From NCBI GenBank assembly GCA_902530635.1, contig CACABC010000001.1, forward strand, positions 66,582 to 130,581: DNA of 64,000 bases, in the 5' to 3' direction. Origin of the DNA: an uncultured Pelagibacteraceae bacterium (GTDB taxonomy: Bacteria; Pseudomonadota; Alphaproteobacteria; Pelagibacterales; Pelagibacteraceae). Shown here piece after piece: positions 10,128 through 19,947 of the stretch (position 1 is its first letter; every line of letters begins with the position of its first letter). Below the pieces are notes generated by a model that saw only the letters and a program-made list of their open reading frames with translations, was not told the origin of the DNA and ran no database searches. Position numbers and translations under genes: made by a program.

Positions 10128-11009
10128 ATGGAAAAAAGAGTTGTATTTAAAGGCTGGAAATTACCAATTCTTTTGGTTACACCACAATTAATTATATCAG
10201 CTGTTTTTTTCTTTTACCCTTCTGGGCAAGCAATATGGAATTCACTTTTTTTACCTGATCCATTTGGTTTAAAAACTCAATTCGTAGGTTTAGATAATTT
10301 TAAGTTTTTATTAACCGATCCTTATTACTTAGCTAGTTTTAAAACTACAATTACTTTTTCAATTTTAGTAACAGTCTCGTCTATGCTCATCGGACTTTAT
10401 CTTGCTGCACTTGCAGATAGATTAATAAAAGGTTCAGGGGTTTACCAAACACTTTTAATTTGGCCTTATGCTATTGCACCAGCTATTGCTGGCGTACTTT
10501 GGCTTTTTCTTTTTAATGGAAATATAGGTCTAGTTTCTTGGTACTTACAAGGCCTAGGCTACGAGTGGAATCATAATTTAAAAAGTGATCAAGCTATGTT
10601 TTTAGTTGTTTTGGCATCTGCCTGGGGAAGAATTAGTTATAATTTTTTATTCTTCTTTGCAGGTTTACAAGCAATACCTAAAAGCGTTATCGAAGCAGCT
10701 GCTATTGATGGAGCAAGTTTTTGGAAGAGATTTGCAACAGTTGTGTTACCTCTGCTTTCACCCATAACTTTTTTCTTATTAGTAGTTAATATTGTTTATG
10801 CATTTTTTGATACTTTTGGTGTAATACACACCATAACTTCTGGTGGTCCCGAGCAATCTACAACAATACTCGTTTATAAAGTATTTAGTGATGGTTTTGT
10901 TAGTCAGGACCTTGGTTCGAGTGCAGCTCAATCAGTTATTCTTTTAATTTTAGTCGGAATTTTAACGGTGGTTCAATTCAAATATATTGAAAGAAAGGTT
11001 CATTACTAA
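10128..11009 (+). CDS. ugpA: sn-glycerol-3-phosphate ABC transporter permease
   Basis: 293 aa MalF/UgpA-type permease with the EAA loop ([10 protein letters not shown]). Confidence 0.85.
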   Translation: MEKRVVFKGWKLPILLVTPQLIISAVFFFYPSGQAIWNSLFLPDPFGLKTQFVGLDNFKFLLTDPYYLASFKTTITFSILVTVSSMLIGLYLAALADRLIKGSGVYQTLLIWPYAIAPAIAGVLWLFLFNGNIGLVSWYLQGLGYEWNHNLKSDQAMFLVVLASAWGRISYNFLFFFAGLQAIPKSVIEAAAIDGASFWKRFATVVLPLLSPITFFLLVVNIVYAFFDTFGVIHTITSGGPEQSTTILVYKVFSDGFVSQDLGSSAAQSVILLILVGILTVVQFKYIERKVHY

Positions 11010-11869
11010 TGGTCGAGAAAAAGAAAACTGCTTATTGGTTAACTCACCTTGGTTTGATTATTGGTGTATTATTTATATTTTTTCCAGTTTGGGTGGCATT
11101 TGTCGGTTCTACGGTTTCGCAAGATGATATAATTTATCCGCCTATACCACTATTACCTGGACCACATTTAATTGATAATTATGCAAACGCATTATTTCGT
11201 GGTGGGCCCGAGGGTTATGCTGGCGCAAGTCAAGTTCCAGTTATAAGAATGCTCTTCAACTCTGCTGTGATGGCTTTTGGTATTGCATTTGGAAAAATTG
11301 CAATTTCTTTATTATCTGCATTTGCTTTTGTATATTTTAGATTCCCATTTAGGAATGCATGTTTTTGGCTAATATTCATAACACTCATGTTACCTGTTGA
11401 AGTAAGAATTTATCCCACATATGAAGTGGTAGCTAATCTGGGTATGCTTAATAGTTATTCCGGATTAATTTTACCATTGATAGCTTCAGCTACTGCTACT
11501 TTTTTATTTAGGCAATTTTTTATGACAATACCAGACGAGATGGTCGAGGCAGCTCGGATGGACGGATGCAAACCAATGCGTTTCTTTTTTGATATTTTAA
11601 TACCAATTAGCAAAACAAATTTAGCAGCTATTTTTGTTATTATGTTTCTGTTTGGATGGAACCAGTTTTTATATCCCATGTTATTGACGACTGATCCAAA
11701 TATGAAAACTATTGTTATGGCAGTAGATTCAATGATACCTACTGGAGACGATTATGCACACTGGCCAACAGTTTTTGCAAGCGCAATGCTAGCAATGCTT
11801 CCACCTATTGTTATTATTATAACTATGCAAAAATTCTTTGTTAAAGGGCTATTGGAGAGCGATAAATAA
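11009..11869 (+). CDS. ugpE: sn-glycerol-3-phosphate ABC transporter permease
   Basis: 286 aa MalG/UgpE-type permease with the EAA loop (VEAARMDGC). Confidence 0.85.
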   Translation: MVEKKKTAYWLTHLGLIIGVLFIFFPVWVAFVGSTVSQDDIIYPPIPLLPGPHLIDNYANALFRGGPEGYAGASQVPVIRMLFNSAVMAFGIAFGKIAISLLSAFAFVYFRFPFRNACFWLIFITLMLPVEVRIYPTYEVVANLGMLNSYSGLILPLIASATATFLFRQFFMTIPDEMVEAARMDGCKPMRFFFDILIPISKTNLAAIFVIMFLFGWNQFLYPMLLTTDPNMKTIVMAVDSMIPTGDDYAHWPTVFASAMLAMLPPIVIIITMQKFFVKGLLESDK

Positions 11870-11870
11870 G

Positions 11871-12926
11871 ATGTCTGAAATAAGTTTAAAAAATTTAAAA
11901 AAATCTTTTGGATCAACCCAGGTTATTCATGATTTAAGTATTGATGTCAAAGACGGAGAACTAATTGTAATAGTAGGACCATCAGGATGCGGAAAATCAA
12001 CATTATTAAGAATGGTAGCAGGCCTTGAAGATGCTAATCAAGGTGACATCACCATAGATGGAAAAAAAGTTAATGAGCTCGAACCTATGGAGAGAAATAT
12101 TGCAATGGTATTTCAAAATTATGCTCTTTATCCGCATATGAGTGTTTTTGATAACATGGCTTATGGTTTAAAGATTGCAAAGGTTTCAAAAGAAGAAATT
12201 AATTCAAGAGTTCAAAAGGCTGCAGAAATTCTTGAACTACATGAATTATTAAAAAGAAAACCCAACCAATTATCTGGCGGTCAAAGACAAAGAGTTGCTA
12301 TGGGAAGAGCAATTGTTAGAAATCCTGTGGCTTTTTTATTTGATGAACCACTCTCTAATCTTGATGCAAAACTAAGAGTGCAAATGAGATTAGAAATTAA
12401 AAAATTACAAACACAACTTAAAACTACCTCTTTATATGTAACTCATGACCAAGTTGAAGCCATGACCCTAGCAGACAGAATGATAGTAATGAACGAAGGA
12501 AATGTTGAGCATATTGGAACACCTTTAGAGGTTTATACTAAACCTAAAACTTTATTCACCGCCCAATTTATTGGAAGCCCAGCAATGAATATTTTAAATG
12601 CTGAATGTAAAAATGGGAGCGTTATTTTAGGTAAAAATATAACATTAAACACAAATATTAAAAATCAAGGTAAAGTTAGCGCTGGTTTAAGACCAGAGGA
12701 TTTTTCAATAGATGACAATGGACCAATTAAAATAAAAATAGATTTAGTTGAACTAATTGGATCTAATTCTCTTCTTCATGGAAGATTAGAAAATAGTAAT
12801 GAAATTTTAGTGGCGAGTATTTCAGGTGTAGTGGATGACAAAATTGTGGGCAAAACTATTGGTTTAAGTTTTAATGATAAAAATTTACATTTATTTGATT
12901 CTAACTCAGGTCAAAGGCTAAATTGA
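11871..12926 (+). CDS. ugpC: sn-glycerol-3-phosphate import ATP-binding protein
   Basis: MalK/UgpC-type ATPase ([22 protein letters not shown]). The ATG at 11871 (MSEISLKNL) is preferred over 11838, which overlaps ugpE. Confidence 0.9.
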   Translation: MSEISLKNLKKSFGSTQVIHDLSIDVKDGELIVIVGPSGCGKSTLLRMVAGLEDANQGDITIDGKKVNELEPMERNIAMVFQNYALYPHMSVFDNMAYGLKIAKVSKEEINSRVQKAAEILELHELLKRKPNQLSGGQRQRVAMGRAIVRNPVAFLFDEPLSNLDAKLRVQMRLEIKKLQTQLKTTSLYVTHDQVEAMTLADRMIVMNEGNVEHIGTPLEVYTKPKTLFTAQFIGSPAMNILNAECKNGSVILGKNITLNTNIKNQGKVSAGLRPEDFSIDDNGPIKIKIDLVELIGSNSLLHGRLENSNEILVASISGVVDDKIVGKTIGLSFNDKNLHLFDSNSGQRLN

Positions 12927-13855
12927 AAAATTCTTTTTTAACAAAACCTAACTATATTAGGATTTATGGTCATCGTGGAGCCAGAGGGGACATAGTTGAA
13001 AATAGCTTAGAGGGTTTTAAATATACTTTTGATTTGGGTATTAAAGCTATCGAATTCGATGTGGTTGTGACTAAAGATAATATTCCAATTTTGTTCCACG
13101 ATTATCGATTAAATAAGGACATGGTAAAAGATAGCAATGGAAATTGGTTGGATAAACCAGATCTTAAAATTATAGATTTAACTTACGAGGAGATAAGCAC
13201 TTATAGTATAGATAGTTTAAAACCTGACAGTGCCTACTCTAAAAGATTTAAAAAACAAAAACCAGCAAAAGGAGCCAAAATTCCTAGGTTAACAGATTTA
13301 TTTAAGTTAGTGGCTGAGAAAAAAAATAAAGATGTTTTTTTAAATCTTGAGATTAAAACAACGCCTACCCAAGATGCAGTGACACCAGATAATAAATCCA
13401 TGGTATCGTTAATTTTAGAGGATATTCAAAAATTTGAGCTTGAGGACCGAATTGTTGTCACTTCCTATGATTTTAGAAATTTATATGAGCTTAAAAAACA
13501 AAATTCAAATGTATTAAGAGGTTTTATAACGTTACAACAAGATCTTTCTACAACAAAAAAAAATGTATACGAGGGATCACCTTGGATGGCCAAAACATTT
13601 CCCTTGGAGGATCTTTTTCTTTTACCAAATCTCATTAAGTCTTTAGAGGGGCATGTTTGGAGTGTTTTTTACAGGGATCTTACAAAACAAAATGTTGAAC
13701 TAGCTCATAAACACGGTCTGGCAGTAAATGTTTGGACCGTTAATAGAGAAAAAGATATTATAAAAATGATCGACTATGGTATTGATGGTATTATCACAGA
13801 TTATCCAAAAAAAGTTCAAGATATTTGTAAATTAAAAAATATTGAGTGGTTTTAG
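12923..13855 (+). CDS. ugpQ: glycerophosphodiester phosphodiesterase (GDPD family)
   Basis: 310 aa. GHRGARG...ENSLEGF...EFDV...HD GDPD motifs. TTG start overlaps the ugpC stop (TTGA). Confidence 0.8.
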   Translation: MKNSFLTKPNYIRIYGHRGARGDIVENSLEGFKYTFDLGIKAIEFDVVVTKDNIPILFHDYRLNKDMVKDSNGNWLDKPDLKIIDLTYEEISTYSIDSLKPDSAYSKRFKKQKPAKGAKIPRLTDLFKLVAEKKNKDVFLNLEIKTTPTQDAVTPDNKSMVSLILEDIQKFELEDRIVVTSYDFRNLYELKKQNSNVLRGFITLQQDLSTTKKNVYEGSPWMAKTFPLEDLFLLPNLIKSLEGHVWSVFYRDLTKQNVELAHKHGLAVNVWTVNREKDIIKMIDYGIDGIITDYPKKVQDICKLKNIEWF

Positions 13856-13906
13856 AAATTTAGTCTTAAATCTTGATATCAAGCTATCTTTTGTATATTA
13901 AGCATT

Positions 13907-14044
13907 ATGGCAAAAAAAAAATATCAAAGAAATTGGTTGGAAAGAAAATTGGACGAATACAATCACACTATGGAGTTAATTAGAACAATACTGCCATTTA
14001 TTATTTTGCTGCTACAAATATATATACTTCTTAAAATTGTATAG
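13907..14044 (+). CDS. hypothetical 45-aa tail-anchored membrane peptide (not in ORF track)
   Basis: ATG..TAG ORF read by hand: MAKKKYQRNWLERKLDEYNHTMELIRTILPFIILLLQIYILLKIV. Basic N-terminus plus a C-terminal TM helix. Confidence 0.3.
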   Translation: MAKKKYQRNWLERKLDEYNHTMELIRTILPFIILLLQIYILLKIV

Positions 14045-14070
14045 TTCCCCTTCTTAAGTTATATTTAATA

Positions 14071-14304
14071 ATGGATTTACTCTTTATATTAATAGGCGCA
14101 GGTCTTGCTATATTTGTTATATTCGTATCTTTTAAAAGCATCGGAGCAGGTATAGCCGCAAAATCAGAAATAAATAGACAAAAAGACAAACTAAAATCAG
14201 ATGAAATTGAAAAAGAAGAAGAAGTACTCGATAAATTAAAAAATGAAAATTTAACACAAGAAGAACTTACAAAGATTTACGACGATCTTAAAAAAAAGAA
14301 ATAA
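14071..14304 (+). CDS. hypothetical small membrane protein (N-terminal TM, acidic/basic coiled tail)
   Basis: 77-aa ORF in an otherwise empty interval. One TM helix followed by a K/E-rich tail. Confidence 0.4.
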   Translation: MDLLFILIGAGLAIFVIFVSFKSIGAGIAAKSEINRQKDKLKSDEIEKEEEVLDKLKNENLTQEELTKIYDDLKKKK

Positions 14305-14310
14305 TACTTT

Positions 14311-15291
14311 TTAATATAATCCTTGAGGGATAATGAAATAGTGAATTGCCAAAACTATTGCAACTGAAACACTTAGACCAAAAAACATTTTAACAAAATC
14401 TTTTCCAATTAAAGGAAATACATATTTAAACTTATAATCTTTGTTCATGGTTGAAATGGCTAGCTCTCTACCACATAAAAGGCCTACGAATACCCAAGTA
14501 GTTGACATTGGAAGATCATTTAATTCTTTAAAATAGAATAATACTGCAGCATAAATAATGTTTATTATTGTTGCTGATCTAGCGTATCTTGTACCTGTTT
14601 TTTCTAAAACTACCTTTTGTATTGGACCACCATGAATATAAAAAATATAAAATAGAAGCACAGTGAAGTAAGCCATAACAGTTAGCAGCAAAGTAATATC
14701 TAATTGTCTTGGCAAGAATACTGCAATATTTGCAACATCGTGTGATAACCATACCCACCATAACCAACCGGATGTTACCCAAACTGCATTTCTCCAAAAC
14801 TTTATCCAAAAATCTCCTTTTACCTCATCGAGTTTTTCATTAATAAATTTAGAAACCCCAATCCAGCATATATAAGCGACAGTTGCTGCAATACCATAAC
14901 CAACTATACTTTTTACCAGCATTTTTTCTAAAACAACTGTTGATGCAAAAGCCGATAAAACCAAAAAAGTCGTTGAGACCGGGATTCCTATTCTTGTGAG
15001 CAATAAAAGAATTGCTGGAGCAACTGCATGATACCACTGAATTTCCTGATAAGGTATTCTAGTTAATCTTCCATAAGAAATGTCACCATCGTAACTGTAC
15101 CAACCCCATGCCAGAGCTATTATCATTACAGATGAAGCTGAACCTGCTAATATATACCAAGCGAACCATTTTTTCTTAGATGCAATGAATGTTCCAAGTG
15201 TTTGAATGGAATCGTTAGCTATTACACTATAGCCTGCTAGCCCGAAACCAACGATTGTATATATTAATGTTAGGTCCATAAGACGACTCAC
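14311..15291 (-). CDS. polytopic membrane protein, putative PiT/PHO4-like inorganic ion (phosphate/sulfate) transporter
   Basis: 326 aa, about 9-10 TM. Two repeat-like motifs, IANDSIQTLGTFIAS and SHDVANIAVF, resemble the duplicated GANDVANxxGT signature of the PiT family. Weak, by-eye similarity only. Confidence 0.4.
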   Translation of the reverse strand: MSRLMDLTLIYTIVGFGLAGYSVIANDSIQTLGTFIASKKKWFAWYILAGSASSVMIIALAWGWYSYDGDISYGRLTRIPYQEIQWYHAVAPAILLLLTRIGIPVSTTFLVLSAFASTVVLEKMLVKSIVGYGIAATVAYICWIGVSKFINEKLDEVKGDFWIKFWRNAVWVTSGWLWWVWLSHDVANIAVFLPRQLDITLLLTVMAYFTVLLFYIFYIHGGPIQKVVLEKTGTRYARSATIINIIYAAVLFYFKELNDLPMSTTWVFVGLLCGRELAISTMNKDYKFKYVFPLIGKDFVKMFFGLSVSVAIVLAIHYFIIPQGLY

Positions 15292-15461
15292 TTATATCTA
15301 ATTTATAAATCGAGTCTAGAGGTTAAATTTATTATTTAAAATTTTGGTATGGAGGATTTGTCCTGTATAATTTTTTTTTTATTTAGATCAAGTTGTAAAA
15401 TTGTTAGTAAGTTTTTTTACCAAGTATTTGAGATAACATTTTGTTACTAATTTTTTTAAAA

Positions 15462-15485
15462 TTTCACGCCATGTTTCACGCCATG
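15462..15485. repeat. perfect tandem 12-mer (TTTCACGCCATG x2)
   Basis: Read directly. A GC-richer island in an AT-rich intergenic region, immediately 3' of the 75-aa gene and about 170 nt upstream of the PiT-like gene start. Confidence 0.9.
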
Positions 15486-15488
15486 AAT

Positions 15489-15716
15489 CTATATCGAATA
15501 CTTTATTATGCCCGCAAACATTATAGGTATTTGCAATGCAAAGTTTGTAAGTAGCGGTTTATCCTTTGTTACTGTGCCTACAACTGTCCATCCAATAATA
15601 CCAAGTCCGTGAGGTATCATGCTGTAAGGATAGTAATCTAAGTAGAATGCCAATATTCCAAACAAGGTTAAAAACGTACTTATCCATTTAAGATATTTTA
15701 TAGTTATTTTATTCAT
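15489..15716 (-). CDS. hypothetical small membrane protein (about 3 TM)
   Basis: 75-aa hydrophobic ORF. No recognisable motif. Confidence 0.4.
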   Translation of the reverse strand: MNKITIKYLKWISTFLTLFGILAFYLDYYPYSMIPHGLGIIGWTVVGTVTKDKPLLTNFALQIPIMFAGIIKYSI

Positions 15717-15768
15717 ATTTTTTCTCCTGATTATTATATTAAAGTATTGTTAAGGTTTTATTAAAGGA

Positions 15769-16266
15769 TTACTTAGAAGCTTTAACCTTTTTCTCTATAA
15801 AGGCTGGAACATCATCCTCTTTATTAATCAATTCTTCCTTCGGATTTTTAGGTTGGAAGGCGTACAAAACATGCAACTTACAGTAAGCAAATCCTTCAAT
15901 TGGTTTTCTACCACAGAAATAAAAATTCTCCTCATCGGGGTGACCAATTGGCCATCTACAATTGTCATTATCTAACTGTTCTAAAGTTTTTGGATTTTCA
16001 GGTTCAAAGTTTTTGTCTAAAAGAAGTGATTTAAATCTGCTTTTTCTTCCAACGTATTTTTCGCTTTTAGGACTGTTATCCATGACTTGTTTTTTTTGTG
16101 ATTGTGATTTTTTAGAGGTCGCTCTTGCTGCAAGTTTAAGCCTATGTGCTTTTCCAATAACTGCGTTTCTTGTGGTATCGCCTAAAATCTCGGCAATTTG
16201 ACTTGCCGTATGGCCTTTTTTCCACAATTCTTTAAGTTTTTCTTCTTTATCTTGGGTCCAGCTCAT
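15769..16266 (-). CDS. gcrA: GcrA cell-cycle regulator
   Basis: 165 aa. N-terminal MSWTQDKEEKLKELWKKGHTASQIAEILG..TRNAVIGKAHRL is the characteristic GcrA signature. C-terminal CRWPIG...FCG motif. Confidence 0.85.
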   Translation of the reverse strand: MSWTQDKEEKLKELWKKGHTASQIAEILGDTTRNAVIGKAHRLKLAARATSKKSQSQKKQVMDNSPKSEKYVGRKSRFKSLLLDKNFEPENPKTLEQLDNDNCRWPIGHPDEENFYFCGRKPIEGFAYCKLHVLYAFQPKNPKEELINKEDDVPAFIEKKVKASK

Positions 16267-16403
16267 TTATCTAGAAACTATATTTAGTTTCCATGTTCTA
16301 AACTATTACATAATCTAGTAGTATGAAAATGAAATAGCATTAAATTTGTTCAAAAGAAAAGTTTTTCACAGAAAAATTATTTTTTGAAGTTATAAGACTA
16401 CGT

Positions 16404-17219
16404 ATGGTTGAAATTACAAAAAAATATAAACTAAAAAATACAGTAAGATTTGGCTCAATTAATTGGATTGGGTTGTGGACACTTTATAAAAGAGAAGTTT
16501 TTAGATTTTTAGTTGTGTGGGTTCAAACGTTACTATCTCCCATAGTTTCCTCTCTTTTATTTCTTTTGGTTCTATCGGTGGCGATAGGAAGTGGTAGATC
16601 TGATATGCTGGGATTTCCATTTATAACCTTTCTATCTCCTGGGTTGATAGCAATGCAGGTAATTCAACAATCTTTTTCTCATTCCTCATCTTCTTTTATG
16701 ATTGGAAAAATACAAGGAAGCATAGTGGATGTTTTGTATGCCCCATTGTCAGCTGGAGAGGTTACAACCGCAGTTGCATTAGCTTCTACAACTAGAAGCT
16801 TTATGATTGGAATTGTATCAATATTTATTTTTTATTTTTTGGTGGATATTGAAGTAAAAAATTATTATTCCCTAATTTTTTTCACATTTATTTCATCTTT
16901 TATTCTTGGTTGTGTCGGGATTATAGCAGGTCTTTGGGCTGAAAAATTTGATCACATGGCATCGGTAACTAACTTTATAATTATACCTTTATCATTTCTA
17001 TCAGGAACTTTTTATACCATTGAGAACTTGCCTCAATTTTTACAAACTATAAGTAAATGTAATCCATTTTTTTATATGATTGATGGTTTCAGATATAGCT
17101 TTTTGGAAAAATCAGATGGCTCAATTTTTGTTGGATCTGTCTATCTAACTATATTAGCAATTTTACTATGGTTTATATCTTATTTGCTTTATAAAAAGGG
17201 ATATAAAATTAAATCATAA
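16404..17219 (+). CDS. ABC-2 type transporter permease (YadH/NodJ-like)
   Basis: 271 aa, 6 TM. N-terminal LYKREVxRF motif typical of ABC-2 permeases. No adjacent ATPase gene. Confidence 0.7.
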   Translation: MVEITKKYKLKNTVRFGSINWIGLWTLYKREVFRFLVVWVQTLLSPIVSSLLFLLVLSVAIGSGRSDMLGFPFITFLSPGLIAMQVIQQSFSHSSSSFMIGKIQGSIVDVLYAPLSAGEVTTAVALASTTRSFMIGIVSIFIFYFLVDIEVKNYYSLIFFTFISSFILGCVGIIAGLWAEKFDHMASVTNFIIIPLSFLSGTFYTIENLPQFLQTISKCNPFFYMIDGFRYSFLEKSDGSIFVGSVYLTILAILLWFISYLLYKKGYKIKS

Positions 17220-17222
17220 TCC

Positions 17223-18389
17223 ATGAGTGCTTTAGCTAAAAACTATAATAGAAGAAAAATCTCTTTTAAGAGAGGAAAGGGAAGCTTTTTGTATTCAACT
17301 AATGGAAAGAAATATTTAGATTTCGTACAAGGTATCGCAGTTAATTCCTTGGGTCACGCTAATTCTTATTTGACAAGAGCAATGAATAAGCAAGCAAAAA
17401 ATGTTTGGCACGTATCGAATGCATTTACAATTCCTGAACAGGAAAGACTTGCAAAAAGGCTTACCCAAAAAAGTTTTGCTGATTACGTGATATTCCAAAA
17501 CAGTGGCGTTGAAGCAACAGAGGCTGCAATAAAGGTTGCAAGAAGGTACTTTTACTCAATTGGAAAACCACAAAAAAACAGAATTCTTTGCATAAAAAAT
17601 TCTTTTCATGGAAGAACTCTGGCGGCAATTTTTGCTAGTGGATCAAAAAAAATGACTGAAGGATTTGGACCTAAAATTCCTGGGTTTGATCACTTTAACT
17701 TTGGTGATCACAAAGGTTTAAAAAAAGCTATTACTAAAAAAACAGCTGCGATAATGATAGAAACAGCAATGGGAGAATCAGGAATAAAAGTAATACCAGA
17801 TTGGTGCTTAAGAGACCTAAGAAAGCTTTGCAACAAGAAAAAAATCTTATTAATTTTAGATGAGGTTCAGTGTGGAATCGGAAGATCTGGTAAATTTTTC
17901 GCTTTTGAACATGCGAAAATAAAGCCGGATATAGTCCCAATAGCCAAAGGTATAGGAGGAGGGTTTCCAATAGGAGCAGTTCTGATGAATAAAAAAGTTG
18001 CAACTGCGATGACACCAGGATCACATGGAAGCACTTTCGGTGGGAATCCTCTAGCTATGAGCGTAGGTAATGCGGTGTTAGATCAAATATTTAAAAAGGG
18101 TTTTTTAAAAAATGTTCAGAAACTATCTAAACATTTTATTTCTGAGTTAAATCAAATTAAGGAAGACTATCCTGAAATAATAAAAGAGGTAAGAGGAATA
18201 GGCTTGTTGATAGGTTTACAGCTTTATAATGATCAAAATAAATTTATCAAAATATTAGAGGATAATAAATTGCTTGCAATGAGAGCAGGTGAAAATGTGG
18301 TCAGAATCCTGCCTCCTTTAAATGTTAAAAAACAGGAAATAGATTTAGCTATAAAAATTATAAGAAAAGTTTGTAATAAACTAAATTAA
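17223..18389 (+). CDS. argD: acetylornithine aminotransferase
   Basis: 388 aa class-III aminotransferase (DEVQCGIGRSGK, PDIVPIAKGIGGG). Synteny with argF. Confidence 0.85.
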   Translation: MSALAKNYNRRKISFKRGKGSFLYSTNGKKYLDFVQGIAVNSLGHANSYLTRAMNKQAKNVWHVSNAFTIPEQERLAKRLTQKSFADYVIFQNSGVEATEAAIKVARRYFYSIGKPQKNRILCIKNSFHGRTLAAIFASGSKKMTEGFGPKIPGFDHFNFGDHKGLKKAITKKTAAIMIETAMGESGIKVIPDWCLRDLRKLCNKKKILLILDEVQCGIGRSGKFFAFEHAKIKPDIVPIAKGIGGGFPIGAVLMNKKVATAMTPGSHGSTFGGNPLAMSVGNAVLDQIFKKGFLKNVQKLSKHFISELNQIKEDYPEIIKEVRGIGLLIGLQLYNDQNKFIKILEDNKLLAMRAGENVVRILPPLNVKKQEIDLAIKIIRKVCNKLN

Positions 18390-18392
18390 AAT

Positions 18393-19316
18393 ATGAAAAA
18401 TTTTATAAATATTTCTGATTTGTCAAAGAACGAACTAAGATCAATTATTGACAATGCTAAAAAGAGAAAATCTGAAAGAGGTAAAAAACCAAACTCTGAA
18501 CCTGATTTAAATCAGTCAATTCAAGGTAAGACAATGATTATGTTTTTTGCAAAACCTTCTACAAGAACAAGAATATCTTTTGATCTGGCAGTTAAACAAT
18601 TAGGTGGATCATCTATTATTTTAAATCAGGATGAAATTCACTATGGAAAAGGAGATGAAACAATTAAGGATACAGCCAAAGTTCTATCTCAATATGCAGA
18701 TATTCTTATGATAAGAACTGACTCACATAAAGATATAGATGAATTTAAAAAGCATTTAGAAATACCAATCATAAATGGCTTAACTAATTTAAGTCATCCA
18801 TGTCAAATTATGGCTGACATTTTGACTTTTGAAGAATCAAAGGGCGATATAGAGGGAAAGACTCTTGCTTGGCTAGGAGACGGAAATAATGTTGCTAATT
18901 CATTAATTGAGGCGGCAACCAAATTTAAATTTGAATTAAACATTGCGTGCCCAAAAAAATATCAACCTAATAAAAAAATAATAGATGCCGCAAAAAAAAA
19001 TAATTGCAAACTTTTAATAACAGAAGACCCATACAAAGCAGCAAAAGATGCTGACTGTATTATGACAGATAAATGGATTTCCATGAGTGACAAAGGTGAT
19101 AAAAAGAAGAAGAAAAAAATTCTTCAAAAATATCAAGTAAATAAAAAAATTATGAAAGTTGCTAAATCAGATGCAATTTTCATGCACTGTCTACCAGCAA
19201 GTAGAGAAGAAGAAGTCACAAGTGAAATTATGGATGGAAAAAAATCAGTTGTATGGCTTCAAGCTTTTAATAGAATTCATGCCCAAAAAAGCATTATCGA
19301 ATGGTGTATGAAATAA
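18393..19316 (+). CDS. argF: ornithine carbamoyltransferase
   Basis: 307 aa. STRTR, HPCQ and HCLP motifs. Confidence 0.9.
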   Translation: MKNFINISDLSKNELRSIIDNAKKRKSERGKKPNSEPDLNQSIQGKTMIMFFAKPSTRTRISFDLAVKQLGGSSIILNQDEIHYGKGDETIKDTAKVLSQYADILMIRTDSHKDIDEFKKHLEIPIINGLTNLSHPCQIMADILTFEESKGDIEGKTLAWLGDGNNVANSLIEAATKFKFELNIACPKKYQPNKKIIDAAKKNNCKLLITEDPYKAAKDADCIMTDKWISMSDKGDKKKKKKILQKYQVNKKIMKVAKSDAIFMHCLPASREEEVTSEIMDGKKSVVWLQAFNRIHAQKSIIEWCMK

Positions 19317-19317
19317 T

Positions 19318-19851
19318 TTATGGTTTTGGAAGCGGACTATCGCTAAAAGAATTCATATAAAGTATTACCGAAGCTCTGTCCTTTTCATTTTTTAAACCTG
19401 CAAAAGCCATCTTAGTTCCTTTTATGTGAGCAGCAGGCTTGATCAAATACCCGTTCATTTCTTCGTAAGACCAAACTTTTCCATGAGCCATAAGTGCTTT
19501 TGAATATTTATAATCAGATATAGATCCAGATTTTCTTCCTAAGACACCGTACAAAACTGGTCCAATTTTATTTTTTCCACCTTTAGCAACCACATGACAA
19601 GCAGTGCATTTTTTAAAAACTTGTTTCCCGTGCTCTATAGTGCCTAAAGCTAAAAAATCTTTTAAGTTTAAACTTTCTGAACCAGATGATTTTGAGCTTG
19701 TCGTCTTTACGACAGGGGCTTCTACTTTGTAAGCAGCCTCAGAGGGTTTTTCTACATGGAATATAATATCTGTAATCTTATCTATTCCAAAAACGACTAA
19801 AACAGTAAAAATTATTGCAGCTATAATTTTATTTATTTCAAAACCATTCAT
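19318..19851 (-). CDS. membrane-anchored class I cytochrome c (CycM-like)
   Basis: 177 aa. N-terminal TM anchor, single CTACH heme-binding motif, distal Met (GTKMAFAG). Confidence 0.75.
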   Translation of the reverse strand: MNGFEINKIIAAIIFTVLVVFGIDKITDIIFHVEKPSEAAYKVEAPVVKTTSSKSSGSESLNLKDFLALGTIEHGKQVFKKCTACHVVAKGGKNKIGPVLYGVLGRKSGSISDYKYSKALMAHGKVWSYEEMNGYLIKPAAHIKGTKMAFAGLKNEKDRASVILYMNSFSDSPLPKP

Positions 19852-19947
19852 AAATTTGGTAATTAATATGTTAGATATATCACGAGTTAATTAAAAAGAC
19901 TTTAATTAAATTTAACATTGTTGCGTCCTTGAGCCGCACAAATATTT

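Noticed and set aside
13872-13883. The 12-bp palindrome CTTGATATCAAG after ugpQ, considered as a possible terminator.
   Set aside because: It can form only a 4-bp stem with a 4-nt loop. That is too weak to call, although a short T-run follows.
19891-19905. Perfect CtrA-type box TTAA-N7-TTAA between the cytochrome c gene and kdsB. A half-match (TTAA-N7-CAAA) also occurs upstream of gcrA.
   Set aside because: TTAA-N7-TTAA is expected frequently by chance in DNA this AT-rich. There is no supporting context.
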